Both the position numbers and the translations under genes were made by a program. The notes under the pieces were generated by a model. That model was not told the origin of the DNA. It worked only from the letters and a program-made list of their open reading frames with translations, and ran no database searches. A stretch of 64,000 nt of DNA, taken from a virus. This document shows positions 26,967 to 37,025 of this stretch, in pieces (position 1 is the first letter of the stretch; the number at the start of each line of letters is the position of its first letter). The DNA lies in the IMG/VR virus record IMGVR_UViG_3300035698_010959; one strand, 5' to 3'.

Positions 26967-29240
26967 TTACCTTGCTAGTGGGTCGATCTTGTAGACATCA
27001 ATTATCGTCCCATCTTCATTGTATATTTGTCCCGTAGGAACCGTCGTGCCAACATGTCGAAGCGCGCCTGCGGTCTGCTCCAAATGGTAGGTGTCCTGGT
27101 CGGCTGGCACAAGCACGGAAACAACACAGTCAATTAGTGATATATCATCGGCTGCATCACTTGCCAAGATCCCTGTTGCGCTACCGCCGGTTATGCTTGC
27201 ACATGCAGACACATCTTCGAGGATATAACAGTGATCCAGTGTGCCACCCAACGATCCACCACCATTGCAAATGCACCCAATAGAACCAGCCGCCGCGTCT
27301 ATTGGTATATTAGCGAACGTTGTATATCTCGCGTTGAGAACAGCCGCCGTACCCAACTGACAAATTGGGGTACCAGCACCGAGAGCATCGCCTCGCAGTT
27401 CGAGATAACAATGATCGAGTTGTATTGTACAAGTAGTTGCTAGGTTGGTATCTATTGTGCCGACATCCACGCTGTAAAGCCTACAGTAGCGTAACTCAAT
27501 CACAGGATCACCAAGCAGATGAGTGAGCCCCCCAGGGCTACTCATGTTTTCAAAGTCCACGTTATAGGCATAGATATTCGTTCCGGTGTTTTGAAACTCA
27601 TCGCCGCCGCAGTTCAAGGTCAGGTTAGCCATTGACACAGCAGCAGTAGCAATAAAGGCCGTGCCGGTTATGATAGTTCCCTCACGGCTTTCGCCTATAA
27701 TATGCAAATCCTTGGATATGTCAGTTGCATCCTCACTATAGGCTCCGTTCTCCAGCAGAAGAATATCCCCAGTACTGGCTGCTGCTATAGCATCGGCAAG
27801 CGTACCAGTGCCCGGAGAGACAACCGTAGTGGGTATAACTAGTATCGGCGCGTTTCCTGCTGCTGCTACAGCTGCTTTTATTGTGCTGTAGGTACCTTCT
27901 TTTTCAAGAGTAACTGCTTGTCTTGGGGACCATAGTGTTTCAATTGGTAGCACTTTAACTGCTTGATTTGGTGTATAGTCTAGAGTAGTGCCTGGATAAG
28001 TTAATACAGTTGTTGGAAGAGCTAATGTTGCTCCATCTGTTATAGCTGCGTTATTAGCTGCTTGTATAGTTGTGTAGTTTCCATTACCACTTATATCGAC
28101 TGTTAGTAGTCTAGATATATTGCGACTAAAAGATTCTTGATGATAGCCATCCAATAAATCTGCGTTTAAATTACTATTTAGTGTGGTAGATGTTGCTGCA
28201 TATGGCTGAGTCCCTATTGTAACTTCTGAAACAAATCTGTTTCCAGTTAGTGTTCCTGGACATTTGCTGTCTCCTGATATAGTTCCTGTTGAAGTTTTAT
28301 AGTCTGTTCCATATACGTTTAGTGTTCCGGCTGCTTGATATAGGTCATATGTGTTTGCTCCTCCAGATGCAGTAACTTGTCCTCCATATACATTAATTGT
28401 AGATAAAGCTTGATCCATGTATAGTCCATAAGAATTAGCTATTCCTCCACTATCTCTTGATATCATTTGACAGTTATAAAAATTTATATTTGCAATCTGA
28501 CTACTGAAAATCCACGCAACATAAGCAGGGTATCCAAGAGTTGTTTGTGTATTTTCTGAATAAAGCCTACATCCAAAGAAGTTAGCTGTTGTATCGTTGT
28601 CTTGCGCTATACAGCTTGTTCTATGAGTCGTTTCAGAAAGATTTTTAATATATATTTCAGAGGAATATATGTTAATATTTAATCCACCAGCTGCAAAACC
28701 AATATACTCGCTTTCCATTTTTGTATTATATATTGTAAAATTATTTATGCTTTTTTGAAAACTTCTGATTGCATAGGCTTTACCATATATATAACAATTA
28801 CCAATTGTTAAATCGGTTAAAGTGTCTGCTGCATTTATTCCCCATCCACTTGTATTACTTACAGATAGGTTTTCAATTGTTATATAGTTTGCCAATGTAA
28901 GGGTAGCTACATATGCTTTTGAATATTGAATACTTGTTTTTTCAACAGCTGTTCCTAGTAAACTTACATAGTCTTTACATGTTATTTGTTCCTCATATAT
29001 TCCAGGTGGAATCTTTACTACGTATGGAGTAGAACTAGAAGCATCTGTAATACTATTAATTGTTGCTTGTATTGAACCGCTAGTTGTACCGGATACCCAT
29101 ACTTCTGTACCACTAAAAGCAGAATGTGTTTGTATAGCTATTACAGAATTTTGTAAGTCGTTTATATGGGAGTATTCTACATTATTTGCATTTGTTTTTG
29201 TTGTAAATGTATCTATTGTTGTTGGGAATGTTGAGGCCAT
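26967..29240 (-). CDS. tailspike / receptor-binding protein with two right-handed beta-helix (pectate-lyase-like) modules
   Basis: STFPTTID..HINDLQNSVIAIQ anchor; SIQATIN..VVKIPPGIYEEQI..VSLLG; TLADAIAAASTGDILLLENGAY..IIGESREGTII. Confidence 0.8.
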   Translation of the reverse strand: MASTFPTTIDTFTTKTNANNVEYSHINDLQNSVIAIQTHSAFSGTEVWVSGTTSGSIQATINSITDASSSTPYVVKIPPGIYEEQITCKDYVSLLGTAVEKTSIQYSKAYVATLTLANYITIENLSVSNTSGWGINAADTLTDLTIGNCYIYGKAYAIRSFQKSINNFTIYNTKMESEYIGFAAGGLNINIYSSEIYIKNLSETTHRTSCIAQDNDTTANFFGCRLYSENTQTTLGYPAYVAWIFSSQIANINFYNCQMISRDSGGIANSYGLYMDQALSTINVYGGQVTASGGANTYDLYQAAGTLNVYGTDYKTSTGTISGDSKCPGTLTGNRFVSEVTIGTQPYAATSTTLNSNLNADLLDGYHQESFSRNISRLLTVDISGNGNYTTIQAANNAAITDGATLALPTTVLTYPGTTLDYTPNQAVKVLPIETLWSPRQAVTLEKEGTYSTIKAAVAAAGNAPILVIPTTVVSPGTGTLADAIAAASTGDILLLENGAYSEDATDISKDLHIIGESREGTIITGTAFIATAAVSMANLTLNCGGDEFQNTGTNIYAYNVDFENMSSPGGLTHLLGDPVIELRYCRLYSVDVGTIDTNLATTCTIQLDHCYLELRGDALGAGTPICQLGTAAVLNARYTTFANIPIDAAAGSIGCICNGGGSLGGTLDHCYILEDVSACASITGGSATGILASDAADDISLIDCVVSVLVPADQDTYHLEQTAGALRHVGTTVPTGQIYNEDGTIIDVYKIDPLAR

Positions 29241-29264
29241 GATATGTGGTTAATCTCCTACGCG

Positions 29265-32200
29265 CTAGTCAAATACTACTGGAAGATAGGTTAACTCTGG
29301 TTTAATTTCTTCATCTGTAAACCAGTGTGTCGGTCTATCTCCCCATGATGCTGTTCCTACTATTAGAGGTAATGATTCTTTTATATTGTTAGATATTACG
29401 TGCATTATTTCTGTATCTTTTCTTGCTTCAAAGTCTTTTTTATTTGCTGGGCTCCATGTTGTTATGTCATGTAAACATGCTACATAGTATAGTCCTGATG
29501 CTACGTTTGCTGAGGTTGGTATTACTGTTGATAGATAGCCATCAGATGCAGTTTTTGTATAGTTTTTGTATTTATATTGTGCTTTTACTTCTGCGTTTAG
29601 TGTTGTTCCAAAGCTTATTGTTCCACCAGATACAACAAGATTTGGGTAGTTATATGTTGTAACATGTATTCCATCTGCAAATAGTAGATAATTGTTTTCC
29701 CATTCTCTTTTTGATGAGTAATATACTCCCCCACTACCTGAATAGGTCAATAATTCATCTGAGATTGTTTGATACTCTGGTAATGTAGATATTGCAATAT
29801 CTATTACTCCTGTTATGCCGCTTGAGATTGCGTCAAATGTAGATACTCCATCCCAGGTTCTTAGTGTTACTAGTCCTAAATCTAATGCTATAGCAGAAGA
29901 TAGTGTTTTTCCAAAGCTTCCTCTATCTATATTATTTGCAAAGAATAATCTTTGTAAGAGGTTTCTATTTGATTCATATTCTATTCGTTCAATTCCAAAA
30001 GGTGATGCAAAGGAATCTAATGCATTTGGAATTGTTTGGAACTCTACTGGAGCTAACTCTAGCCCTAATTGTATTTGTCCCGATGTTGAGAGTATTGATG
30101 CTAATCTTTCCCAACTTCTATAAAATACTGTTGTTGCTCCAGATGTTGGTAAGTCTGCTGTTACACTGGTAGTAGACCATACAAGGTTTCTTGCTGGGAA
30201 TTTTTGTACTTTGAAGTTCTTTGGTAGGTTTTCATACCATGGAGAAAATACAGTATACCATACGGGTGTGTCTGGATGTATTGAGCTTGGTACTTCACTT
30301 ATGGTAATAGGTGCTCCACTTGCGGTTGTTGTAAATGATTGAACTTCAAGATTTCTTAGATATACATATGTATCATATGGGTCATTTTTTGTATCTTGTA
30401 AAAATGCTCCTGGTACCCATACAGCATCATAGCTACTAAAGAAATCAGCGTAAGAAGTTGCTCGTCTTATAGAGTAAGTTATAGAGCTAACAGTTAAAAG
30501 TATTGTAGATGTTACTGATGTACTTACTGGAATACGAGCAAACCATAAATAACTATCTGTTTCTAGTTCAAAAGTAGAAGGTAATGAGTTATTTACAGAT
30601 GTATCTACATAATCTTCTGCTACTCGTAGCGCATAGCTTGAAGATGTTACCCATTTTCTGAGTAATAAATCGTCTGCTGATATTGTCGATTGTGGTGGTT
30701 CAAATCCAGTAGGAAGCGTTGGAGCCCATGGATCAGGTACATATATGTCTGGTAGATCTGGAAGACCTGTTCCACCAGAGGGTGCAGCAGGGGGCGACGG
30801 TATTTCTGGATCAACAGGAGGAGGTGGAGGACTAGGAGGAGATGGAGGTGGGTCTGTTGGTGCTTTTTCTCCAACTCCATATGCTATTATACTAGCAATT
30901 GGATCTGAGGCTTCAATGGTTTCTTCTCCATAAGCTGTAGAGGTTATTCTGTTATTTACTGCGATTACAGCTGAGCCAACTTGTGTTGTTCCTACAGTTA
31001 GTCCATGACTTACGAATTTACCTCCAGTAGAGTCTAAGTTTTGATTTCTATCTGAATCTACTAAGTCTGTTATTTCTACAGATGTTCCTTGTGTATTCCA
31101 TCCAGCAAATCCACATAGAAGCCATCCAAGTCTGTGTTCTAATGGTAGTATATTTGTAGAATTATATCCAAGGGCTCCTGTTCCATTTCCAAAGTCCATT
31201 GGATTTTTTATTTGCATACTTGTATATGCTTTTCTTATTTGTAATGGAAGCACACTTAAGTTACTTCCTGGAACAAGGTGCTGTGTTTTAAATAAATCTA
31301 ATGCCCAAAAGTCTTCGTTTTCATAGAAGTTCCATGTATGGCTACCAACATAAGTATATGCTATATCTCCTTGTGTTTGTTTGGCTCCTACATACATAGT
31401 TCCTGCAAGCCCATCTACACCAAATACCTCTACAGGCGCTTCCCATAACGTAGGTATTGTTTTGTTATAGTTAATTACATATGTAGGAAGAGAGTCAACC
31501 AATAACCTTCCTACAATAGTGGATGATTTGTAGCCCATGCAAATCGGAGCGTTGTGTGCTGTTATGCTACCAAAGTAAAAACCATATAGTTGTTCAAAAG
31601 TAGTTGCTTCTCCAGATAGTTGATACACTGTTACATCTATTTGATCTATAGATGTTAGCCATGTTGGAGGTGTTGCGCTTGGACCAAAGGAACTTGGAAC
31701 TTCCGCTGATATAAGATCAATTATTTCTCCTTGTCTTACTCCTGTCCAGGTTCCTATTCCATTAAGAACTACATTTGCATAGGCATCTGTATCGTCTGAA
31801 GACCAGCCAAACACCATGTATCTAAAACCAGAGGTATTGAATGCTGCTCCAGTCCAAGATAAATCCATACTTGCTCCAGATACCATCTCTACCTGTACAT
31901 TGTCACTTGATTGAAATATTCCATTGTCTGGTTGTGACCAATCTCCAGATGCATCAAATGTTACTAGGTTGTTGGTTGATATATGGGATATGTATGCTGC
32001 ATCTACCGGTCCAGTTGGATACAGATAGTTTAATTGTCTCCATTCTGGTCCTACAGGACGCTGAAGAGTTACTGCCGATCCATCTGCTATATTGCATGAC
32101 ATTATTGGAGAAGGGAGTGTTACAGTAGCTGCTACTATATCTGAAAATACTTCTGTTTCTACTTCATATATTGATGTAATACAGGATAATGAAATTTCTT

Positions 32201-33290
32201 CATTAGATAGTGTACTTGAAAGATCTCCAGAAAACGCTAGTTCTCTTGATTCTCCGCTTAGCGCTACAAAGTCTAGTCCAGATATACCTTCACCATCTTG
32301 CCAATATACTCTTGGAGATACTTGTAGTGTATTGTTTCCTTGTGTTATTGATTTACGAGCAAATGCTCTGGATTCTGTAAAAAAAGGTATATTGCTGAAA
32401 GGATCTGCTCCAATGTTATGTAATGTTTCTACAACAGATTGTACTCCTGTTGCTGTAATACTTGCTTTTGTAGTGTTTGCTCCTCCTCCACTAGAAGATG
32501 TTGTTGCTGTTGTAGAGCTTAGAGTTGATTGAGCAGAGGTATTTCCTCGTAGTAGTGTTGCTGTTTGTGTATATGCTTGTTTATCATGTGCTGCCGCGTG
32601 TATGGTTGTAGATACACTTCCGCCTTGATCATAAATTAGTGGACCGGTACCTAAACTTGATGCAGGTATAGTAACACTATTAGATCCTATTCTTATTTGT
32701 ATATTTGATTGTCTTTTAAAAGTATTCCAAAACTCAACATTTAGTTTGTTCAAATCCTCTGTGGCAACTTCTTCTACTTCATATGTTATATCCCATGGAG
32801 TTGTTTCATTTATTGTCCACTCATCGTACTCTACACCATTAGGTGAGTCCCAGTATGAGCCAGTATCAAAATATTCGTCTATATCACATGATGTTAATGT
32901 AGCTAGCGTTACTTCTAGTGCTGTAGAGAAATATGGATTTAATACTCCGCTTCCTGTAAGTGCTATAGCTTTTACTGTATGTGTGCATTCTGATACCTGT
33001 TTGAGTCTTGTACCTTCATCATACCATAGATTATAAGCACCAGGACCAGTATATTCTATTGTTGTATATAAATATATGGTGGAACCAAATAGTGTTACTT
33101 CACTACTTCCTATGACTGAAATCCCATTAGGTGCAGTTGATCCAGCTACGACTGCTAGTACTTCAAGTGTTTTTCCACTACCAGCACCATCAACATATGA
33201 TTGTGCGTGACGAGCATATGTTGCTTCTAAAGTTCCTGAAAATATTAGAGTTGCTGATCTATTTGTATAATAGTTTGTGTATGTTGCCAT
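29265..33290 (-). CDS. large structural protein: Ser/Thr-rich beta region, Pro-rich linker, C-terminal wedge-like module
   Basis: PPPSPPSPPPPP linker; NALDSFA..GIERIEYESN..LLQRL motif; C-terminus paralogous to 35232..36701. Confidence 0.7.
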   Translation of the reverse strand: MATYTNYYTNRSATLIFSGTLEATYARHAQSYVDGAGSGKTLEVLAVVAGSTAPNGISVIGSSEVTLFGSTIYLYTTIEYTGPGAYNLWYDEGTRLKQVSECTHTVKAIALTGSGVLNPYFSTALEVTLATLTSCDIDEYFDTGSYWDSPNGVEYDEWTINETTPWDITYEVEEVATEDLNKLNVEFWNTFKRQSNIQIRIGSNSVTIPASSLGTGPLIYDQGGSVSTTIHAAAHDKQAYTQTATLLRGNTSAQSTLSSTTATTSSSGGGANTTKASITATGVQSVVETLHNIGADPFSNIPFFTESRAFARKSITQGNNTLQVSPRVYWQDGEGISGLDFVALSGESRELAFSGDLSSTLSNEEISLSCITSIYEVETEVFSDIVAATVTLPSPIMSCNIADGSAVTLQRPVGPEWRQLNYLYPTGPVDAAYISHISTNNLVTFDASGDWSQPDNGIFQSSDNVQVEMVSGASMDLSWTGAAFNTSGFRYMVFGWSSDDTDAYANVVLNGIGTWTGVRQGEIIDLISAEVPSSFGPSATPPTWLTSIDQIDVTVYQLSGEATTFEQLYGFYFGSITAHNAPICMGYKSSTIVGRLLVDSLPTYVINYNKTIPTLWEAPVEVFGVDGLAGTMYVGAKQTQGDIAYTYVGSHTWNFYENEDFWALDLFKTQHLVPGSNLSVLPLQIRKAYTSMQIKNPMDFGNGTGALGYNSTNILPLEHRLGWLLCGFAGWNTQGTSVEITDLVDSDRNQNLDSTGGKFVSHGLTVGTTQVGSAVIAVNNRITSTAYGEETIEASDPIASIIAYGVGEKAPTDPPPSPPSPPPPPVDPEIPSPPAAPSGGTGLPDLPDIYVPDPWAPTLPTGFEPPQSTISADDLLLRKWVTSSSYALRVAEDYVDTSVNNSLPSTFELETDSYLWFARIPVSTSVTSTILLTVSSITYSIRRATSYADFFSSYDAVWVPGAFLQDTKNDPYDTYVYLRNLEVQSFTTTASGAPITISEVPSSIHPDTPVWYTVFSPWYENLPKNFKVQKFPARNLVWSTTSVTADLPTSGATTVFYRSWERLASILSTSGQIQLGLELAPVEFQTIPNALDSFASPFGIERIEYESNRNLLQRLFFANNIDRGSFGKTLSSAIALDLGLVTLRTWDGVSTFDAISSGITGVIDIAISTLPEYQTISDELLTYSGSGGVYYSSKREWENNYLLFADGIHVTTYNYPNLVVSGGTISFGTTLNAEVKAQYKYKNYTKTASDGYLSTVIPTSANVASGLYYVACLHDITTWSPANKKDFEARKDTEIMHVISNNIKESLPLIVGTASWGDRPTHWFTDEEIKPELTYLPVVFD

Positions 33291-33296
33291 ATGTTG

Positions 33297-35222
33297 TTAT
33301 AATAACTTTTCTAATGTATGTTTTTTTGCTGGTGCTGCTGTCCATACAGGGAACATTGCTAAGTATGGTTCTATAAATGGTATCCAATCTGGGTATGGAT
33401 TATCTAATACGTAAGCTGTTCCACTTAAGCAATATTCTTTTAGTAGATCATCTATACCTACAACCACATAATCATACACACCAACAGTTATTAAACTGTT
33501 GTCTAAATATGTATATGCGGTTGTTGTAAGGGTATCTATTAGCGTATAGGCGCTTTCTTGTTGTGTTTTTCTATATATTTTATATGATGATATTGGTATT
33601 CTATATCCAAGTAATCCACTTGTAAATCGAGCCCAGGAATCCCATCTTAATACTATGTCTAAATCCTCACACAATAGTATCTCTAGATTTGGTATGTTAT
33701 ATGGGGTTAAAGTTTGTTCTCCATATGTACCTTCTCCAACTACTGCAGACAGTACTTCGCTTGTTGTTTTGTTTCCTGCAACATCGTGCATGATTATAGA
33801 TCCAGTTAACATTTCTCCAGCTATTCCAGTACATGCACTTGTTACATATACTGTTGTTTGATGTGGAATACCATAATTAACAAGATATGAGCCGTCATTC
33901 ATACGTAACTCATGCGCGCTTAAGGCTCCTTTATCGCTTGTTGCAAATGAAAACAATACATGTCCTGGTCTAGAATACGCATTAGCGGCATATATGTCTG
34001 GGCCTATTGGGTCTGTATATATTTGTTTTCCATAGTTGTATAAATAATAGGTATAATCCTCTAGGCAGGGTTCATATCGTTTTGCGTATAGCCATACCAA
34101 TATATCATAATTTCCGGTGATATCAAATGTATTTTCTAGTGTATATACTGTGTTAATTGAATCTCCAGTCATAGAAGAAGTTGAGATCGTATATACTGTT
34201 GATTGTTTATCGTAGCTTTCTTTCCATATAACTTGTGTTACAAGTAGATCATTTAAACCTGTTGCTACTGCTGCTGATAATACCCAAGCGCTTACAGAAA
34301 CTGTGTTTCCACTATAGGATCCAGTTAACATACCAGATAGCCCTGTTGTAGAGTTCTGTGTTCCTTCCAGATATCCATAGTTTCCATAACTATCATATAT
34401 CTTTAGTGTATCTCCTACAAAAAGTCCACTAGGCATATTGTAGATATAATATATATAATTAGATAATTTATTTGAAATTGGAGAAATATTGTCTTCTGGT
34501 GTTGGAGTCCATCCAGTAAGTTGTAGACTACCCAAACGTACTAAACCTGCTCTATCTCTATATCCAGATGCTCCAGTAGCATCTATTGAATATATAAGCA
34601 TATTGGTATAAGCATATGAAAGAAACATTTCTCCTGTTCCTGATGGGCAAGCAGTTATTGGTTCATAGATATGCCATGCGCTTATTGTTATTGCTGAAGT
34701 TGGTACTGAGTTTCTAAATACTAACCTTAATTCTGTTGCTGTAGATAACTCTTCTGCTACTGGGTGATGAGCATCTAATAGTGTTCCTCCACTTGTTCCA
34801 TCATTTATCCATCCTTCTGTTTGATATAAATCTGGATTATCTATTCCAGATCCAATCCATGTTGCTAGTGCTGGATTGCTATATCCTGTATGTATTGCAT
34901 ATAGCGCTATTTCTCCGCTTCCTCCTGTTGTAGCAAAAGAAGCTTTTACTGAACAACACATTCCATTTGTTGAAGACAGTGGGATACTTGGAGTAAATCC
35001 TATATAACTTATTGGTTCTCCTAAGTCGTTCCAGTTTGATGCTCCATACCAGTAATGTTCTGAGGATGTTCCTTGAGTTAGAGTTAGATAACCATCCCAT
35101 GCTGAACTACTTGTTGTAAAGCTACCAGATGATGTTACGTCTGTACCTAATACTAATGAGTATACTCCTGGAATTTTTACTTTTCCATTTGGTGAATTTA
35201 ATTGTTCTGTAGATAGTCCCAT
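33297..35222 (-). CDS. structural protein with C-terminal fibronectin type III-like domain
   Basis: LRWD..YKIYRK..YTLI..YTYLD..GVYDYVVVGID. Confidence 0.65.
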   Translation of the reverse strand: MGLSTEQLNSPNGKVKIPGVYSLVLGTDVTSSGSFTTSSSAWDGYLTLTQGTSSEHYWYGASNWNDLGEPISYIGFTPSIPLSSTNGMCCSVKASFATTGGSGEIALYAIHTGYSNPALATWIGSGIDNPDLYQTEGWINDGTSGGTLLDAHHPVAEELSTATELRLVFRNSVPTSAITISAWHIYEPITACPSGTGEMFLSYAYTNMLIYSIDATGASGYRDRAGLVRLGSLQLTGWTPTPEDNISPISNKLSNYIYYIYNMPSGLFVGDTLKIYDSYGNYGYLEGTQNSTTGLSGMLTGSYSGNTVSVSAWVLSAAVATGLNDLLVTQVIWKESYDKQSTVYTISTSSMTGDSINTVYTLENTFDITGNYDILVWLYAKRYEPCLEDYTYYLYNYGKQIYTDPIGPDIYAANAYSRPGHVLFSFATSDKGALSAHELRMNDGSYLVNYGIPHQTTVYVTSACTGIAGEMLTGSIIMHDVAGNKTTSEVLSAVVGEGTYGEQTLTPYNIPNLEILLCEDLDIVLRWDSWARFTSGLLGYRIPISSYKIYRKTQQESAYTLIDTLTTTAYTYLDNSLITVGVYDYVVVGIDDLLKEYCLSGTAYVLDNPYPDWIPFIEPYLAMFPVWTAAPAKKHTLEKLL

Positions 35223-35231
35223 ATAGTTTTA

Positions 35232-36701
35232 CTAATCAAATAATATTGGAAGATTTGTTAATTCTGGCTGAGGTTCTGTGTCTGTAAACCAAGGTGTAGT
35301 TTTACCCCAGTTTGCTGTACCTGCTGTTATAGGAACAGTAGAGTGTATAGTATTAACAAGTTCTATAAATTCTGCTGTTGGGTTTCCTGTGGATGATAGT
35401 AGATTTGAATTTTTATACTTTATATCTGTTGGGGTGTTTATATCAATTCCAGTAACATATACAACTGTATATTCTCCTATTTGTGTATTTGATGTTGGAT
35501 ATAAAGAGGCAGATGTTCCTGTTGTTTCTAATGTATAGTTTCTATATCTATAGGTTGCTGCTACTCTGCCCGATGTTGCTTGACCAAATTCAATATGTTC
35601 ATCTTCTATTGTTGGATAAGGCGGCGTACTTGATGTTGCGCGTAATCCATCTACGTATATATACCAATTTCCTTCCCAATGCGCATGCTGGGAATGGTAA
35701 GTTGTATAATCATCAGAGGGTGTAAGTTGCTCTCCCTCTACAAAGCCAAACTCTTCTAAATCTTTTATAACTATTTGTTTAACGTTTGAAATACCAGAAG
35801 CTTCAAAGTCTATTGTAGAGCTTCCATCCCATTGTAAGCTTCCAATTAAACCTACTTCTCTTCCTATTGCAGAAATCAAACCATTTAATTGTGAGTTTGC
35901 TGGAGATAAATAAGCTGTTCGTATTCGGCCTTGTAATGTTTTATTTGATTCCTTTGGTAATCTTTCTATTCCAGCTAATAGTGCTTTCTCATCAAACACA
36001 TTCCATAAATCTATTTGTGTTGGAATTATAGTGGAACCATCTATTGTAAGTATAGCAGAAGAGGATAGTGTTTCTACATATGTTGAAGATGTGTATCTAA
36101 ATTCAATTGAGCCAGTTAGTGGAAGATTTGCTGTTGCGTTTGTTGTATCTAATTCTTGTCCTGGCGATACCTGGTACCATACACTGTCTGAAGATATCCA
36201 TGCCATACCATCTTCTTCTATGTCTTCTGGTATTGTATAGGATGCTGTATTTGAAGATACTGTAGTAGACGTTACTGCTAAGTTTCTAAAGTAACATAAG
36301 TTATTATCATATTTGTATACCCTATCTGCTGTAGTTAGAAAATCAAATATACTTGCTGCTCGTCTTACGGCATTTCCAGAAACTGTTACTGTAAGTGGTT
36401 CTTGTGTTGTTTTGGTTATCCAAGCAAGTCGTGGAGTATCTAAAGCAGTATCTGAGATTGTATTGTGTCCACGAAAAGAGCTTATATATCTATGTAGGGT
36501 ATTGAATTGTGGGAGCGAAGAACCGAACCACTTATATAGTAGTGTTGATTCTGCTAACTGTAGCCCATATTTAAAGCTTCCATATGCTTCTGCTCCATAG
36601 GTTACATTTCTTATAGTTGGAGATTGTATTGCTAACCATTGTGGTAAATATCTAGCAAATACAGATCCATCCCACTTGCCTGGAAATTTGGTTTCTGGCA
36701 T
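35232..36701 (-). CDS. putative baseplate wedge protein (gpI/gp7-like motif)
   Basis: YLPQW, WNVFDEKALLAGIERLPKESNKTLQGRI; lies just downstream of baseplate J. Confidence 0.65.
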   Translation of the reverse strand: MPETKFPGKWDGSVFARYLPQWLAIQSPTIRNVTYGAEAYGSFKYGLQLAESTLLYKWFGSSLPQFNTLHRYISSFRGHNTISDTALDTPRLAWITKTTQEPLTVTVSGNAVRRAASIFDFLTTADRVYKYDNNLCYFRNLAVTSTTVSSNTASYTIPEDIEEDGMAWISSDSVWYQVSPGQELDTTNATANLPLTGSIEFRYTSSTYVETLSSSAILTIDGSTIIPTQIDLWNVFDEKALLAGIERLPKESNKTLQGRIRTAYLSPANSQLNGLISAIGREVGLIGSLQWDGSSTIDFEASGISNVKQIVIKDLEEFGFVEGEQLTPSDDYTTYHSQHAHWEGNWYIYVDGLRATSSTPPYPTIEDEHIEFGQATSGRVAATYRYRNYTLETTGTSASLYPTSNTQIGEYTVVYVTGIDINTPTDIKYKNSNLLSSTGNPTAEFIELVNTIHSTVPITAGTANWGKTTPWFTDTEPQPELTNLPILFD

Positions 36702-36706
36702 TTATA

Positions 36707-37015
36707 TTAGCAATCCTCTGATAAATTTTCTTCTGTTGGCTCTTCGTTGTTGTGAGTACGGTCATACCCATACTCTGTTGTAATTTTATCTAGATAGAGA
36801 TATGGTAAAAGTGCAATTAGCAGGACAATCAGGTGTGCGTATACTTCTGATTGTGTTACGGCGGTAAATAAACATATGCCTAGTGTGGCAACAAACGCTA
36901 CTCTAGATATTGATAGCTTTTGCGTATCTGGCTTATAGAGGAGGTCTGTTAGTAGTTTTCGTATCCATGTAAACATTGTTGTTGGGTTTTTCCATATCTT
37001 GTCCTCCCAACACAT
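36707..37015 (-). CDS. small two-TM membrane protein, holin candidate
   Basis: KLSISRVAFVATLGICLFTAV and LIVLLIALLPYLYL helices, acidic C-terminal tail. Confidence 0.55.
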   Translation of the reverse strand: MCWEDKIWKNPTTMFTWIRKLLTDLLYKPDTQKLSISRVAFVATLGICLFTAVTQSEVYAHLIVLLIALLPYLYLDKITTEYGYDRTHNNEEPTEENLSEDC

Positions 37016-37025
37016 TATTTAGTAA

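Noticed and set aside
30647-30880. Alternative minus-strand ORFs nested in large genes (30647..30880, 34879..35100, 59055..59357)
   Set aside because: Out-of-frame overlaps with better-supported genes; the first simply reflects the polyproline codon run
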